A stretch of DNA of 38,221 nt from Dehalococcoidia bacterium (GCA_050124895.1 JASFEJ010000001.1:1-38221), one strand, 5' to 3'; shown: positions 15,929 to 25,624, counted from the first letter of the stretch. Notes: generated from the sequence alone by a model not told the origin. Program-made: numbers and translations.

Positions 15929-16620
15929 TTTGGGTCCAGTATCACCCTGGCGTCTACGGCCAAAGCGCCATCGCTGTAGGCGAAAATTGGGTTGAGGTCA
16001 AGCTCTTTGACCTCAGGATTTTTCTCGACAAAATCAGACACCTTGAGCAGTAAATTCTCCAGGTAGGCTATTTTTACCGCCTCCCCTCCCCGGTAGCCTT
16101 CGAGCAGGGGGTAGCCCTTTATCTCCCTGACCATCTCGGCGGCGTCCCTCTTAGCTAAGGGGACGAGCCGGAAGGAAACGTCCTTAAGCACCTCGACCAG
16201 GATGCCGCCCAGCCCGAACATCAAAACGGGCCCGAACTGGTCATCCTGAGACATGCCGATAATGACCTCGACGCCGGGGCGCGCCATCTTCTGCACGGCC
16301 ACCCCTAAAATCTTGGCCTTGGGAAACTTCTGCTTGGCCGATTGCATGATAGCGTCGTAGGCTTGCCCTACCGCCTCGGCATTCTCCAGCCCCAGCTTAA
16401 CCCCGCCGGCGTCGCTCTTATGAATGATATCGGGCGAGGCTATTTTGAGCACTACGGGAAAACCCAGCTCTTGGCTTACAGAAACAGCTTCGTCTTTGGA
16501 GGTGGCCAGCTTGGTCTCGACCACGTCGATGCCCGCTCGGCGAAGCAGCTGCTTGGACTCGACCTCGGTGAGCACCGTCCGGCCCTCGTCTCTAGCTTTA
16601 GCGATTACCGCCTCGGTCAC
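15925..16620 (-). CDS. ATP-grasp protein, ADP-forming acetyl-CoA synthetase beta-subunit-like
   Basis: 231 aa with a GTG start and SD AAGGGGGA. LTEVESKQLLRRAGI...GFPVVLKIASPDIIHKSDAGGVKLGL is typical of the ACD beta/ATP-grasp_5 domain. ATGA overlap with the ligase start. Confidence 0.85.
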   Translation of the reverse strand: MTEAVIAKARDEGRTVLTEVESKQLLRRAGIDVVETKLATSKDEAVSVSQELGFPVVLKIASPDIIHKSDAGGVKLGLENAEAVGQAYDAIMQSAKQKFPKAKILGVAVQKMARPGVEVIIGMSQDDQFGPVLMFGLGGILVEVLKDVSFRLVPLAKRDAAEMVREIKGYPLLEGYRGGEAVKIAYLENLLLKVSDFVEKNPEVKELDLNPIFAYSDGALAVDARVILDPK

Positions 16621-16789
16621 CAGGAATCCCCCTTTACAAGGACTGGGGTAAACTATAGCAGATTTCAGCCTATTTTTAAAGCTGACCGAAGTCGCTTTGC
16701 CCTAAGCCGACCGCAGTGCTACAATTATTTTAATAACGGTTTAACATTCTGACGTTATTATAGATGAAGCTGAAGTCTAGAGGACTGCG

Positions 16790-17901
<1,112 letters not shown>

Positions 17902-17905
<4 letters not shown>

Positions 17906-20900
17906 AGCCGCTTGACCCCCAGCGTTATTTCATGGCCGCTTAACTTGTGGCTTTCGCTGAAAGCGCCCGTTCCGGGAGCGCCCTCGACCAGCTCCCTGGA
18001 TAGCGTTTCCTGCTTGATGTAGTCGGCGAAGTCGCTCATCACCTTTTTGATATAATCGTCTCCCCGGTAACAGGTGACGATGTGGTCGGCGATATCAAAG
18101 CCCGCCGAACGGCGCATCGTCTGTAATCTTCTCACTATTTCTCTGGCTATTCCCTCCTTCAGAAGCTCAGGAGAAAGTTCAGTCGGGACTGCCACCAGAT
18201 AAACTCCACCCCCTGTGAGAACCTTATAGCCCTTTTCTTCGTCGATTTCTTGTTCTAGCCCACTGACTACATAACCATGACCGTCAAGCTCTGCCACTTC
18301 TTTATAGCTACCAAATTTTAAGTCTTTGGCATTCAGTTCTTCTAAGACTTGAGATTTCAGCTGCTCCAAGCTTTTCTGCTCCCCGCTACCAGCTACGCTG
18401 ACCCTGAAGTAAGCGACGGGTTGTCTCACCTTGATACCAGCTTTAGCACGTGCTGCTCTACCCAGACTTGATACCTTCATCGCCAGCCGAATACCAGCCG
18501 CCAGTTTACTATCAATCTTAGTCTTATCGGCCACGGGAAAATCGGCCAAATGCACGCTCTCCGGGTCATCTTTGGCCACCGAGCCGACCAGATTGCGGTA
18601 AATCTCCTCGGCGACAAACGGGGTAAATGGCGCCAGCAGTTTGGACAGCGTCACCAGGCACTCGTAGAGCGTGTTGTAAGCCGCCAGCTTATCGGCGTCG
18701 CTCTCGCTCTTCCAGAAACGCCGGCGGCTGCGACGCACGTACCAGTTGGAAAGCTCATCAACAAAAGCCTCTATCTTTCGCCCCGCCTCGGTGGGGTTAT
18801 AGCTCTCCAGGCCGCTATCGACATCGGCGATGAGCTGGTTAAGCTCGGAGATAATCCATTTATCCAGCTCGGAAGTCGCCGATACCGCCTCTTTTTCGGG
18901 GACGAAGTTATCGATATTAGCGTAGGTAACGAAGAAGGAGTAGACGTTCCACAACGTGGAGAGGAAGCGGCGGCTCATTTCGGCCACCATTTTTTCGTCG
19001 AAGCGATAGACGTTGCCCGCCGCCGTGCTGGTGAAGAAATACCAGCGCAGGGCATCGACCCCGTATTTATCAATTACCGCCCAGGGCTCAACCACATTCC
19101 CCTTGGTCTTACTCATCTTCTCGCCTTTGGCGTCGAGGACAAGCCCTAGACAGATAACGTTGTTGTAGCAATGCCGGTTAAAGAGCAGGGTGGCTATGGC
19201 GTGCAGGCTGTAGAACCAGCCCCGCGTCTGGTCCACTGCCTCGCTGATATAGTCAGCGGGGAAGCGCCCATCCTCTAATAAGGTTTCGTTCTCGAAGGGA
19301 TAGTGGTGCTGGGCGATGGGCATGGAACCGGAGTCGAACCAGCAGTCGATGACCTCGGTGACCCGCTGCATCTTAGCCCCGCACTTGGGGCAGTCGAAGG
19401 TCAATTCGTCGACGAAGGGTCTATGCAGGTCCAGCGGCTCTTTGAATCCGGAGAAGCCCGGCTTATCTTTAAGCTCTTTTATACCACCGATGCCCTCGTA
19501 AGCGCCGCAGGACTGGCAACGCCAGACGGGCAGCGGTGTCCCCCAGTAGCGCTCGCGGGAGAAGGCCCAGTCTATATTATTTTCCAGCCAGTTGCCAAAG
19601 CGACCGTACTTGATGTGCTCCGGGTACCAGTTTATCTCGTCGTTGCGGGCGATGAGGTCTTTTTTAACCGCCGTGGTGCGTATATACCAGGTCTGTTTGG
19701 CATAGTAGAGCAGCGGGGTATCGCAGCGCCAGCAGAAGGGGTAGGTGTGCTTTATGGTCTCGCTGCGGAAGAGCAGTCCCTTTTTCTCCAGTTCTTCGAG
19801 CACCAGCGGGTCGGCGTCCTTGACGAATTTGCCGGAGAAGGGGTAGTTACCGATGACGTTGCCCCGCAAATCAACGGTGTGGACGAAGCTCAGCTTTTCG
19901 GTCATTCCCGCCTCGTAGTCGACCTCACCGTAGGCCGGCGCCATGTGGACTATCCCCGTCCCCTCATCCAGCGAGACGAAATCGGTGGCGATGACCCTGT
20001 AGGTTAAATCTTTGTCGGCTTTTTGCAGCGGCAGCCCCTCGGTCACAAGGCGTCTTTCCACACCAAAGTCGTGGGGATTAAACAACGGCTCGTATTCGAC
20101 ACCGACCAGCTCTTTCCCCTTCAACCGCTTTACTATCTTGTAGCCCTCCAGCCCCACCGCTGCCACCAGCGTCGAGGCCATGACCAGGTAATCATCCTGG
20201 CTCTCTAAAACGGCGTATTCGGCGTCGGCGGCCACGGCCAAAGCCGTGTTACCCGGTAAAGTCCAGGGTGTTGTCGTCCAGGCCAAAAGGTAGGTGGGTT
20301 TATCCGAGGGCAGATTGGATGCCTTGGCCACCCTGAACTTTATATAAACCGAGGGGTCGCTGGTATCGTCTTTATAGCCGAGAGCGACTTCGTGCGAACT
20401 CAGCGAGGTGCCGCAGCGGGGGCAGTGGGGCGTGACCCGGTAGCCCTGATAGATGAGGCCCTTATCCCACAGCTGTTTGATTGCCCACCAGACGGTCTCG
20501 ATGTAGTCGTTACTCATCGTCATGTAGGCTTTTTCCAGGTCTACCCAATAGGCAATGCGCTCGGTGAGCTTATTCCATTCTTTGAGGTAGCGAAAGACGC
20601 TTTCCCGGCAGCGTTTATTAAACCGTTCCACTCCGTATTTTTCGATTTGTTCCTTGCCGGAGAAGCCGAGCTCCCTCTCTATTTCCAACTCTACGGGTAA
20701 GCCGTGGGTATCCCAGCCGGCAATACGCGGCACATAATAGCCCTTCATTACTTTGTAGCGGATGATGACATCCTTGAAAATCCTGGCCAGAACATGATGG
20801 ATGCCGGGATTGCCGTTGGCAAACGGGGGCCCCTCATAAAAAACGAAACGAGGTTTCCCCTGGCGCTGTTCAACACTTCGCCCGAAGATTTTATTATCCT

Positions 20901-20967
20901 TCCACAGCCCCAGGATTTTCTCCTCGGCTTGCGGAAAATTCACCCGGCTGCCGACAGGCTCAAACAT
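17902..20967 (-). CDS. ileS: isoleucine--tRNA ligase
   Basis: 1021 aa. HIGH-region GNPGIHHVLAR, KMSKS-region KMSKTKGN, CP1 editing domain, four CxxC pairs. Preceded by an Ile T-box leader. Confidence 0.97.
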
Positions 20968-20984
20968 AAAACCACCTCTATATC

Positions 20985-21012
20985 AAAAAATCCCGCCCTC
21001 TAGGGACGGGAC
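20985..21012 (-). terminator. intrinsic terminator of the ileS T-box leader
   Basis: Minus-strand RNA CCCGUCCCUAGAGGGCGGG forms a 7-bp stem with a 5-nt loop. It is followed by A and UUUUUU, 17 nt upstream of the ileS ATG. Confidence 0.8.
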
Positions 21013-21262
21013 AATATTACCCGCGGTACCACCCTATTTCCCTCGCTTTCAACGGGGACGCTTTACAGGGCACAGACAATGCCCCCGCCCTTGATAACGG
21101 CTGGCGCTACCGACCAAGTCTACTAGGTACACCGTTCGGTTGGTGGCTCGGGAGCGATTTTCGGGGGACGGTAACGTCTGCTTTCACCCGACCAGACTCG
21201 CTTTGGTTGCCCGTTTCTCCCCTACTCCTCTCCGTCACTGCCTTTACCGCTAAAGGTTAGCA
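20985..21262 (-). promoter_or_regulatory. T-box riboswitch leader, Ile specifier (AUC)
   Basis: Minus strand contains the conserved T-box sequence GGGTGGTACCGCGGGT (21019-21034). It also has stem I elements GGAGAGGAGTA and GGTGAAAG, a specifier-loop candidate GAAA-AUC-G (AUC at 21156-21158) and the terminator hairpin. Confidence 0.88.
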
Positions 21263-21299
21263 CAGCTCGAAAAATAAAACAAGCTCTTTTGTATAAAGG

Positions 21300-22103
21300 T
21301 TAGCGGCGCTGCCACCACTCGGGGTATATCATCGTCAGCACGGGCGAGGGGTCACACATAGGCCCCAGATAGTTAACCGGGTAGCTAATACCCCTCGCTT
21401 TAAGTGACTGCATCCCCTCTACCGCCTTGGCCATCATCTTCGGCGGCAGAGCCATGACCATCTCGTCATCACTAACGGCGCCGAAAGCCCTCTCGCCCAT
21501 GCAGGGAATAGCTAGGGCGGGCTTGCCCGTGGTATAGCATTGCGCCAGCCCGTCGGCACAGGAGCCCTCACCGATGAAGAAGAACTGAAAGCGCTCGTAG
21601 TCCTTGAACTGGAGCCCGTTCATGAGATACATCATCTGCGCCGGGTTAGCGTAGATTAAGACGACATCGGGCTCGAATTTGCCCGCCGCCAGCGGCGCCA
21701 GCACGACCGCCTCTCCGGGAGGCACTGTGGGGTAGGCCGCCATCTGCTTTTTGGCCTCTTCCAAATCAGCGAACCAGCCATGAGAGAATTGCTCCGCCTC
21801 CCAGGCGAGTTGTTTCTCGGTGGTCGGCGCCAGGCCGTTGATGCGGGCGCAGCGCTCGCCGAAGTTATCTCTAGTAGCGCCTACCGTCAAACCCGTGGTT
21901 CGGGCCATAGCCGGCACCTGGCAAAAAGAAGCGTGGCGGTCGAGGCGTACTAATTCGGGGATTTTGTCCAGCTCCTCCACCCTCTCCAGCCTCTTGTAGG
22001 CCACCGGGCTTGTCTTCAAGCGCAGCCAGCGCTCCATCTGCTCGCTAAGCCCGGCCCAGTCAACCTTAGCCATCCCCTGCCCCCTTTCCCTAATTATTTT
22101 CAA
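21300..22103 (-). CDS. DUF169 family protein (paralog 2)
   Basis: 267 aa. Paralogous to 326..1081 with shared architecture, including the SFCQV block and Cys/Gly-rich core. Starts 17 nt after the jag stop. Confidence 0.8.
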   Translation of the reverse strand: MKIIRERGQGMAKVDWAGLSEQMERWLRLKTSPVAYKRLERVEELDKIPELVRLDRHASFCQVPAMARTTGLTVGATRDNFGERCARINGLAPTTEKQLAWEAEQFSHGWFADLEEAKKQMAAYPTVPPGEAVVLAPLAAGKFEPDVVLIYANPAQMMYLMNGLQFKDYERFQFFFIGEGSCADGLAQCYTTGKPALAIPCMGERAFGAVSDDEMVMALPPKMMAKAVEGMQSLKARGISYPVNYLGPMCDPSPVLTMIYPEWWQRR

Positions 22104-22120
22104 GCAATCAAGCCAGGCGG

Positions 22121-22771
22121 CTATTGCTCTTGGGGCACAATGACTACTTTGCGGGACTCGCCTTCACCAACGCTCTCGGTGGTGACATCGGGGTCGTTGG
22201 CTAAAGCCAGGTGAATAATACGCCTCTCGTAAGCCAGCATCGGCTCCAGCGTGAAGGGGCGGCCCTTGGTCTTGACCTGCTCGGCCATACGCTGGGCTAA
22301 AGCCTTCAACGCCTCGTAGCGGCGCTGTTTGTAACCTTCGACGTCGATAACTATAGGCACCCTGGCCTGGGTCTGATGAGCCAGGATAAGCCGGACGACA
22401 TACTGCAGAGCGGAAAGGGTCTGACCCCTTCGCCCGATAAGGATACCAAGGTCGTCACCGCTCACATCAAGGGTGATGACCCCATCGCCACCCTCCACCG
22501 GGGGTTTGGTCTCACAGGATACCGAAGCCGTCACCCCCAGCCGGGCCAGGATAGTTTCCAGGACCTCCTTAGCTTTGTCGTCCATATCTTCCGGCACGCC
22601 GGCCCGAGGCTCAACCTTGACCACAGCCTCTTCGGATCCCAGCCCCAAGATACCGTGCTTACCCTCTTTTACGACGGTGACCTCCACCTCTTCGAGATTT
22701 AGGTTTAGTGTCTCTAGGGCTTTTTGGATAGCCTCCTCCACGGTCCGGCCGCTTGCCTCCAGACTCTTCAT
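22121..22771 (-). CDS. jag: Jag/KhpB RNA-binding protein (Jag_N + KH + R3H)
   Basis: 216 aa. N-terminus MKSLEASGRTVEEAIQKALETL (Jag_N), KH-like GRRGQTLSALQYV, R3H region ERRIIHLAL. Confidence 0.9.
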   Translation of the reverse strand: MKSLEASGRTVEEAIQKALETLNLNLEEVEVTVVKEGKHGILGLGSEEAVVKVEPRAGVPEDMDDKAKEVLETILARLGVTASVSCETKPPVEGGDGVITLDVSGDDLGILIGRRGQTLSALQYVVRLILAHQTQARVPIVIDVEGYKQRRYEALKALAQRMAEQVKTKGRPFTLEPMLAYERRIIHLALANDPDVTTESVGEGESRKVVIVPQEQ

Positions 22772-23606
22772 AGCTCAAATCCTCTTCCTGTGCTGAACTA
22801 GGCACGATGTCGGCACCGCCCTCAGGCGCTTCCTCCACCTCGGCGATGCGCTTTTTATACTTCTTATCGCGGCCCGTATCCTTCTTGGGCGCCGACCTCG
22901 CCAAGCCTCCCCACCCCCCAATCCAGTACTGTACGCCGATTCTAAACAGGTTCGAAGTCACCCAGAAAAGGGCCAGACCGCTGGGGAAAGACAGGGTTAA
23001 CCAGGCAAACATAATGGGCATTATCCAGAGCATCAGGCTGCTCTGCGTCTTCTGGCTGGGGTCAACGACGGGTGCCTGTACCATCTTCTGCTGCACCCAC
23101 ATCGAGGCACCCACCAGCAGCGCCAGGAAAATGTCACCGCTGGCCAGGTTCAGCCAGAGGAAATGGTTATTCAGGGGCAGTGTGGTATAGACCATCGGCC
23201 AGGAGTAGAGATAGTTGGAAAGCCCCGCCAGGTTCTCCGGGATTACCGCCAGCACCCGCATGATTGACTGGAACAGGGCAATCCAGATGGGCATCTGGAT
23301 TAATAGCGGCAGCAGGCAGCCAGCCGGGCTGACCCCCGACTCTTTATAGAGGTTCATCTGCTCCCGCGCCAGCTTTTCCTTATCTTTAGCGTACTTCTTC
23401 TTAAGCTCGGCAAGCTTGGGCTGGAGCTCCTGCATCGCCCGTGAAGCGCGAGTTTGCTTCATGGTCAGGGGGAGCATGGCGGCGTTAACCAGAAGCGTCA
23501 GGGCGATAATAGCCAGCCCGAAGTTATTGAAGAGAACGTCCGTCAGTACGATGAGGACGTTCGTCATCGGCTGTATCGCGATTATGTCCCACCAGTTTAA
23601 ACCCAA
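22659..23606 (-). CDS. yidC: membrane protein insertase YidC (short, monoderm type, with basic C-tail)
   Basis: 315 aa with a TTG start and SD GTGAGGT at 8-nt spacing. YidC/Oxa1 core: LPLTMKQTRSMR-like LPLTMKQTRASRAMQELQPK, GCLPLLIQMPIW. The 3' end overlaps jag by 113 nt in another frame. Confidence 0.9.
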   Translation of the reverse strand: MGLNWWDIIAIQPMTNVLIVLTDVLFNNFGLAIIALTLLVNAAMLPLTMKQTRASRAMQELQPKLAELKKKYAKDKEKLAREQMNLYKESGVSPAGCLLPLLIQMPIWIALFQSIMRVLAVIPENLAGLSNYLYSWPMVYTTLPLNNHFLWLNLASGDIFLALLVGASMWVQQKMVQAPVVDPSQKTQSSLMLWIMPIMFAWLTLSFPSGLALFWVTSNLFRIGVQYWIGGWGGLARSAPKKDTGRDKKYKKRIAEVEEAPEGGADIVPSSAQEEDLSYEESGGKRPDRGGGYPKSPRDTKPKSRRGGGHRRKRG

Positions 23607-23623
23607 TGAAATCTACCTCACTA

Positions 23624-24796
23624 TCACTTAAAGGACAGGACCCACATCTTCACGCCGGTATCGACGTTAAAGGCATGTAGGTTCTGCTCCTGGGTATAAA
23701 CATAGAGCACGCCTTCGCCCACGCTAAGCGGGGCGTATATCGTCTCCTCCAGGTCGGCAAAAAGCCCGAGCTGATTATTGGCGGCATCTATGGTGTATAT
23801 CTTGCCTACCTCGGTGGCGATAAGAACCCTGTCCTCGACCAGGACCGGCCAGGAACGGACCGGGCTTTCCAGGTCGAACTCGGTTATTTTACTCCCGCTC
23901 AGGGTATTCAGGGCATAAGCCTTGCCGTCGAAACAGCCGGCGTAGATGGTATCCCCAAAAACCACCGCCCTCGTCCAGAACCATTTCTCGGCCTGGAATT
24001 TCCATTTCTCCGTGCCGTCGGCGGCATTTATAGCGTATAAGTAGCGGTCGAGGGCGCCGACATAGATGGTGCCGTTATCGACCAGCGGCGTGGAGGCAAA
24101 AGACCCCTCCGCCTCAAATTGCCATATTTCCGTGCCGTCGTCAGCGTTTATAGCGTAGAGCTTCTTATCGAAGGAGCCTACGTAGAGCGTGCCATCGTCA
24201 TAGGCAGGAGTTGACCATATCTTGTCCTCACTCTCGGTAGCGAACTCCCAGAGAAAGTCACCGGTAAACGCGTCCAGGGCGTAGACCTTACCGTCGGAGC
24301 AGTTGAAGAATATCTTATCCAGGGCGACCACCAGGCCGCTGACGATAGAGTCCATGTTGCCTTCGCGGGGATAGACCCAGCGTAACGCCCCCGACTCGGT
24401 GTTAAGAGCATAGACCTTGCCGTTGTAGCCGGCAACATAGACCAGCTCTTCAAAAAAGGCGGGGCTGCCGTAAACAGCCACCGGTACCCCCCCGCTGGAA
24501 CAGCCGAAGCCGCCCGACTGCACCGCGCCAGTCAGCGTGACCTCCCAGCGCTGAACGCCCGTCTCCGCGTTTATCGCCACCAGCTTACCCTCCGCCGTCG
24601 ACGACGAACAGCCGAAGCCGCCCGACTGCTGCAAGGAGGGGGATAAGAATATAGTCTCCTCGGTTACGGTGGCGCCGGAACCGCCGGACGGGGAAGTGCT
24701 GATACCGTAGCAACCCACCACCAGCAGCGTCACCAGAAGCATAACAATAAGCAGGCTGATCTTGCCCACAGGCAGCGTCTTTCTTCCCATCCTCAC
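23624..24796 (-). CDS. PQQ-like/BamB-like beta-propeller repeat lipoprotein
   Basis: 390 aa. Signal peptide with lipobox LLVVGC. About 7-8 blades with recurring GKVYALNxxxGxxxW motifs (GKVYALNTESGALRW, GKVYALDAFTGDFLW, KKLYAINADDGTEIW, RYLYAINAADGTEKW ...). The GTG start follows directly after the yidD stop. Confidence 0.85.
   Translation of the reverse strand: MRMGRKTLPVGKISLLIVMLLVTLLVVGCYGISTSPSGGSGATVTEETIFLSPSLQQSGGFGCSSSTAEGKLVAINAETGVQRWEVTLTGAVQSGGFGCSSGGVPVAVYGSPAFFEELVYVAGYNGKVYALNTESGALRWVYPREGNMDSIVSGLVVALDKIFFNCSDGKVYALDAFTGDFLWEFATESEDKIWSTPAYDDGTLYVGSFDKKLYAINADDGTEIWQFEAEGSFASTPLVDNGTIYVGALDRYLYAINAADGTEKWKFQAEKWFWTRAVVFGDTIYAGCFDGKAYALNTLSGSKITEFDLESPVRSWPVLVEDRVLIATEVGKIYTIDAANNQLGLFADLEETIYAPLSVGEGVLYVYTQEQNLHAFNVDTGVKMWVLSFK
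24498..24629. repeat. exact 24-nt direct repeat inside the propeller gene (108-nt period)
   Basis: GAACAGCCGAAGCCGCCCGACTGC occurs at 24498-24521 and again at 24606-24629. In frame, both copies encode QSGGFGCS. Confidence 0.9.
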
Positions 24797-25030
24797 TTAG
24801 CCATTCCCTCCACACTTGATAGGCGGCACGGGGTCATAGCCGCCTTCATGAAAGGGGTGACAGCGGGCGATGCGCCTTGCCCCCATCCAGCAACCCCTGA
24901 AAAAACCAAAACGGGAGACAGCTTCATAAGTATACTGGGAACAGGTCGGGCTATAGCGGCAATTCGACGGTATAATCCGCGAAATAGTCAGCTGATATAA
25001 CCTAATTAACCCTAAGGCAAGCTCCTTCAT
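24797..25030 (-). CDS. yidD: membrane protein insertion efficiency factor YidD
   Basis: 77 aa. CRYSPTCSQYTYEAV...RCHPFHEGGYDPVP is diagnostic of YidD. Overlaps the rnpA 3' end by 29 nt. Confidence 0.93.
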   Translation of the reverse strand: MKELALGLIRLYQLTISRIIPSNCRYSPTCSQYTYEAVSRFGFFRGCWMGARRIARCHPFHEGGYDPVPPIKCGGNG

Positions 25031-25364
25031 ACTCCCTCGCTAATATTCCGGCCCGGGAGACTAACCCCCGGATAGTTTTCTCCAAAACAGCGAAGCTAGC
25101 TGCCGCCGCTTTAGGTCGGGCGATAAGAATGATATCCCAACCCGCCTCCAGCGGCAACGCCCGCATTATTTGGCGCATTCGGCGCTTAACCCGGTTCCTC
25201 ACCACCGCCCCACCCAGCCGACGGCCCACCGATAACCCATACCGCGAGAAGCTAAGCTGGTTGGGCGAAGCCTTCATCACCACCAGCTCGCTCGCCCAGG
25301 AGCGGCCCTGCTCATAGACCAGGGCATATTGCTCCGCTCTGGTAAGGTATTGCTCGCCTCGCAT
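25002..25364 (-). CDS. rnpA: ribonuclease P protein component
   Basis: 120 aa. RNR-motif region GGAVVRNRVKRRMRQIM. Starts 2 nt after the rpmH stop. Confidence 0.92.
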   Translation of the reverse strand: MRGEQYLTRAEQYALVYEQGRSWASELVVMKASPNQLSFSRYGLSVGRRLGGAVVRNRVKRRMRQIMRALPLEAGWDIILIARPKAAAASFAVLEKTIRGLVSRAGILAREYEGACLRVN

Positions 25365-25366
25365 GG

Positions 25367-25507
25367 TTACACCACGGTCAAGCGCTTACGTCCCTTAAGC
25401 CGTCGTGCCTTCAAGACATCTCGACCGCCACGGGTAGACATTCTGGCTCTAAAGCCGTGCTCCCGTTTCCGGGGAACACTCTTCGGTTGATAGGTTCTTT
25501 TAGGCAC
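25367..25507 (-). CDS. rpmH: 50S ribosomal protein L34
   Basis: Not in the track (46 aa). GTG start preceded by AGGGAG. Translation: [46 protein letters not shown]. Confidence 0.93.
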   Translation of the reverse strand: MPKRTYQPKSVPRKREHGFRARMSTRGGRDVLKARRLKGRKRLTVV

Positions 25508-25535
25508 AAATAACTCCCTAAATTAAATCAGGATG

Positions 25536-25565
25536 ATTATACTTCCGTAATCTCTGGGGTGTCAA
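25536..25565 (-). promoter_or_regulatory. consensus promoter of the rpmH operon (TTGACA-18-TATAAT)
   Basis: Minus strand: TTGACA (25560-25565), 18-nt spacer, TATAAT (25536-25541). About 28 nt upstream of the rpmH GTG. Confidence 0.6.
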
Positions 25566-25624
25566 AGGGGGAAAGATAAGACGGACTTATCCGGGTACCC
25601 CCAAAATGAGCGCCCGGTACCCGG

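Noticed and set aside
24498-24629. The 24-nt exact repeat as a mini CRISPR or other repeat array.
   Set aside because: There are only two copies. Both lie in frame inside a well-supported propeller-lipoprotein CDS. No cas genes or leader are present.
25583-25620. Hairpin CCGGGTACC...GGTACCCGG at the rpsR stop as an intrinsic terminator.
   Set aside because: The stem is plausible, but the loop is long (about 17 nt) and no U-tract follows. It cannot be called a terminator with confidence.
25508-25624. Possible replication origin next to rpmH.
   Set aside because: No dnaA gene is adjacent; rpsR lies upstream instead. The 117-nt spacer contains only a consensus promoter and a hairpin. I see no cluster of TTATCCACA-like DnaA boxes and no AT-rich unwinding element.
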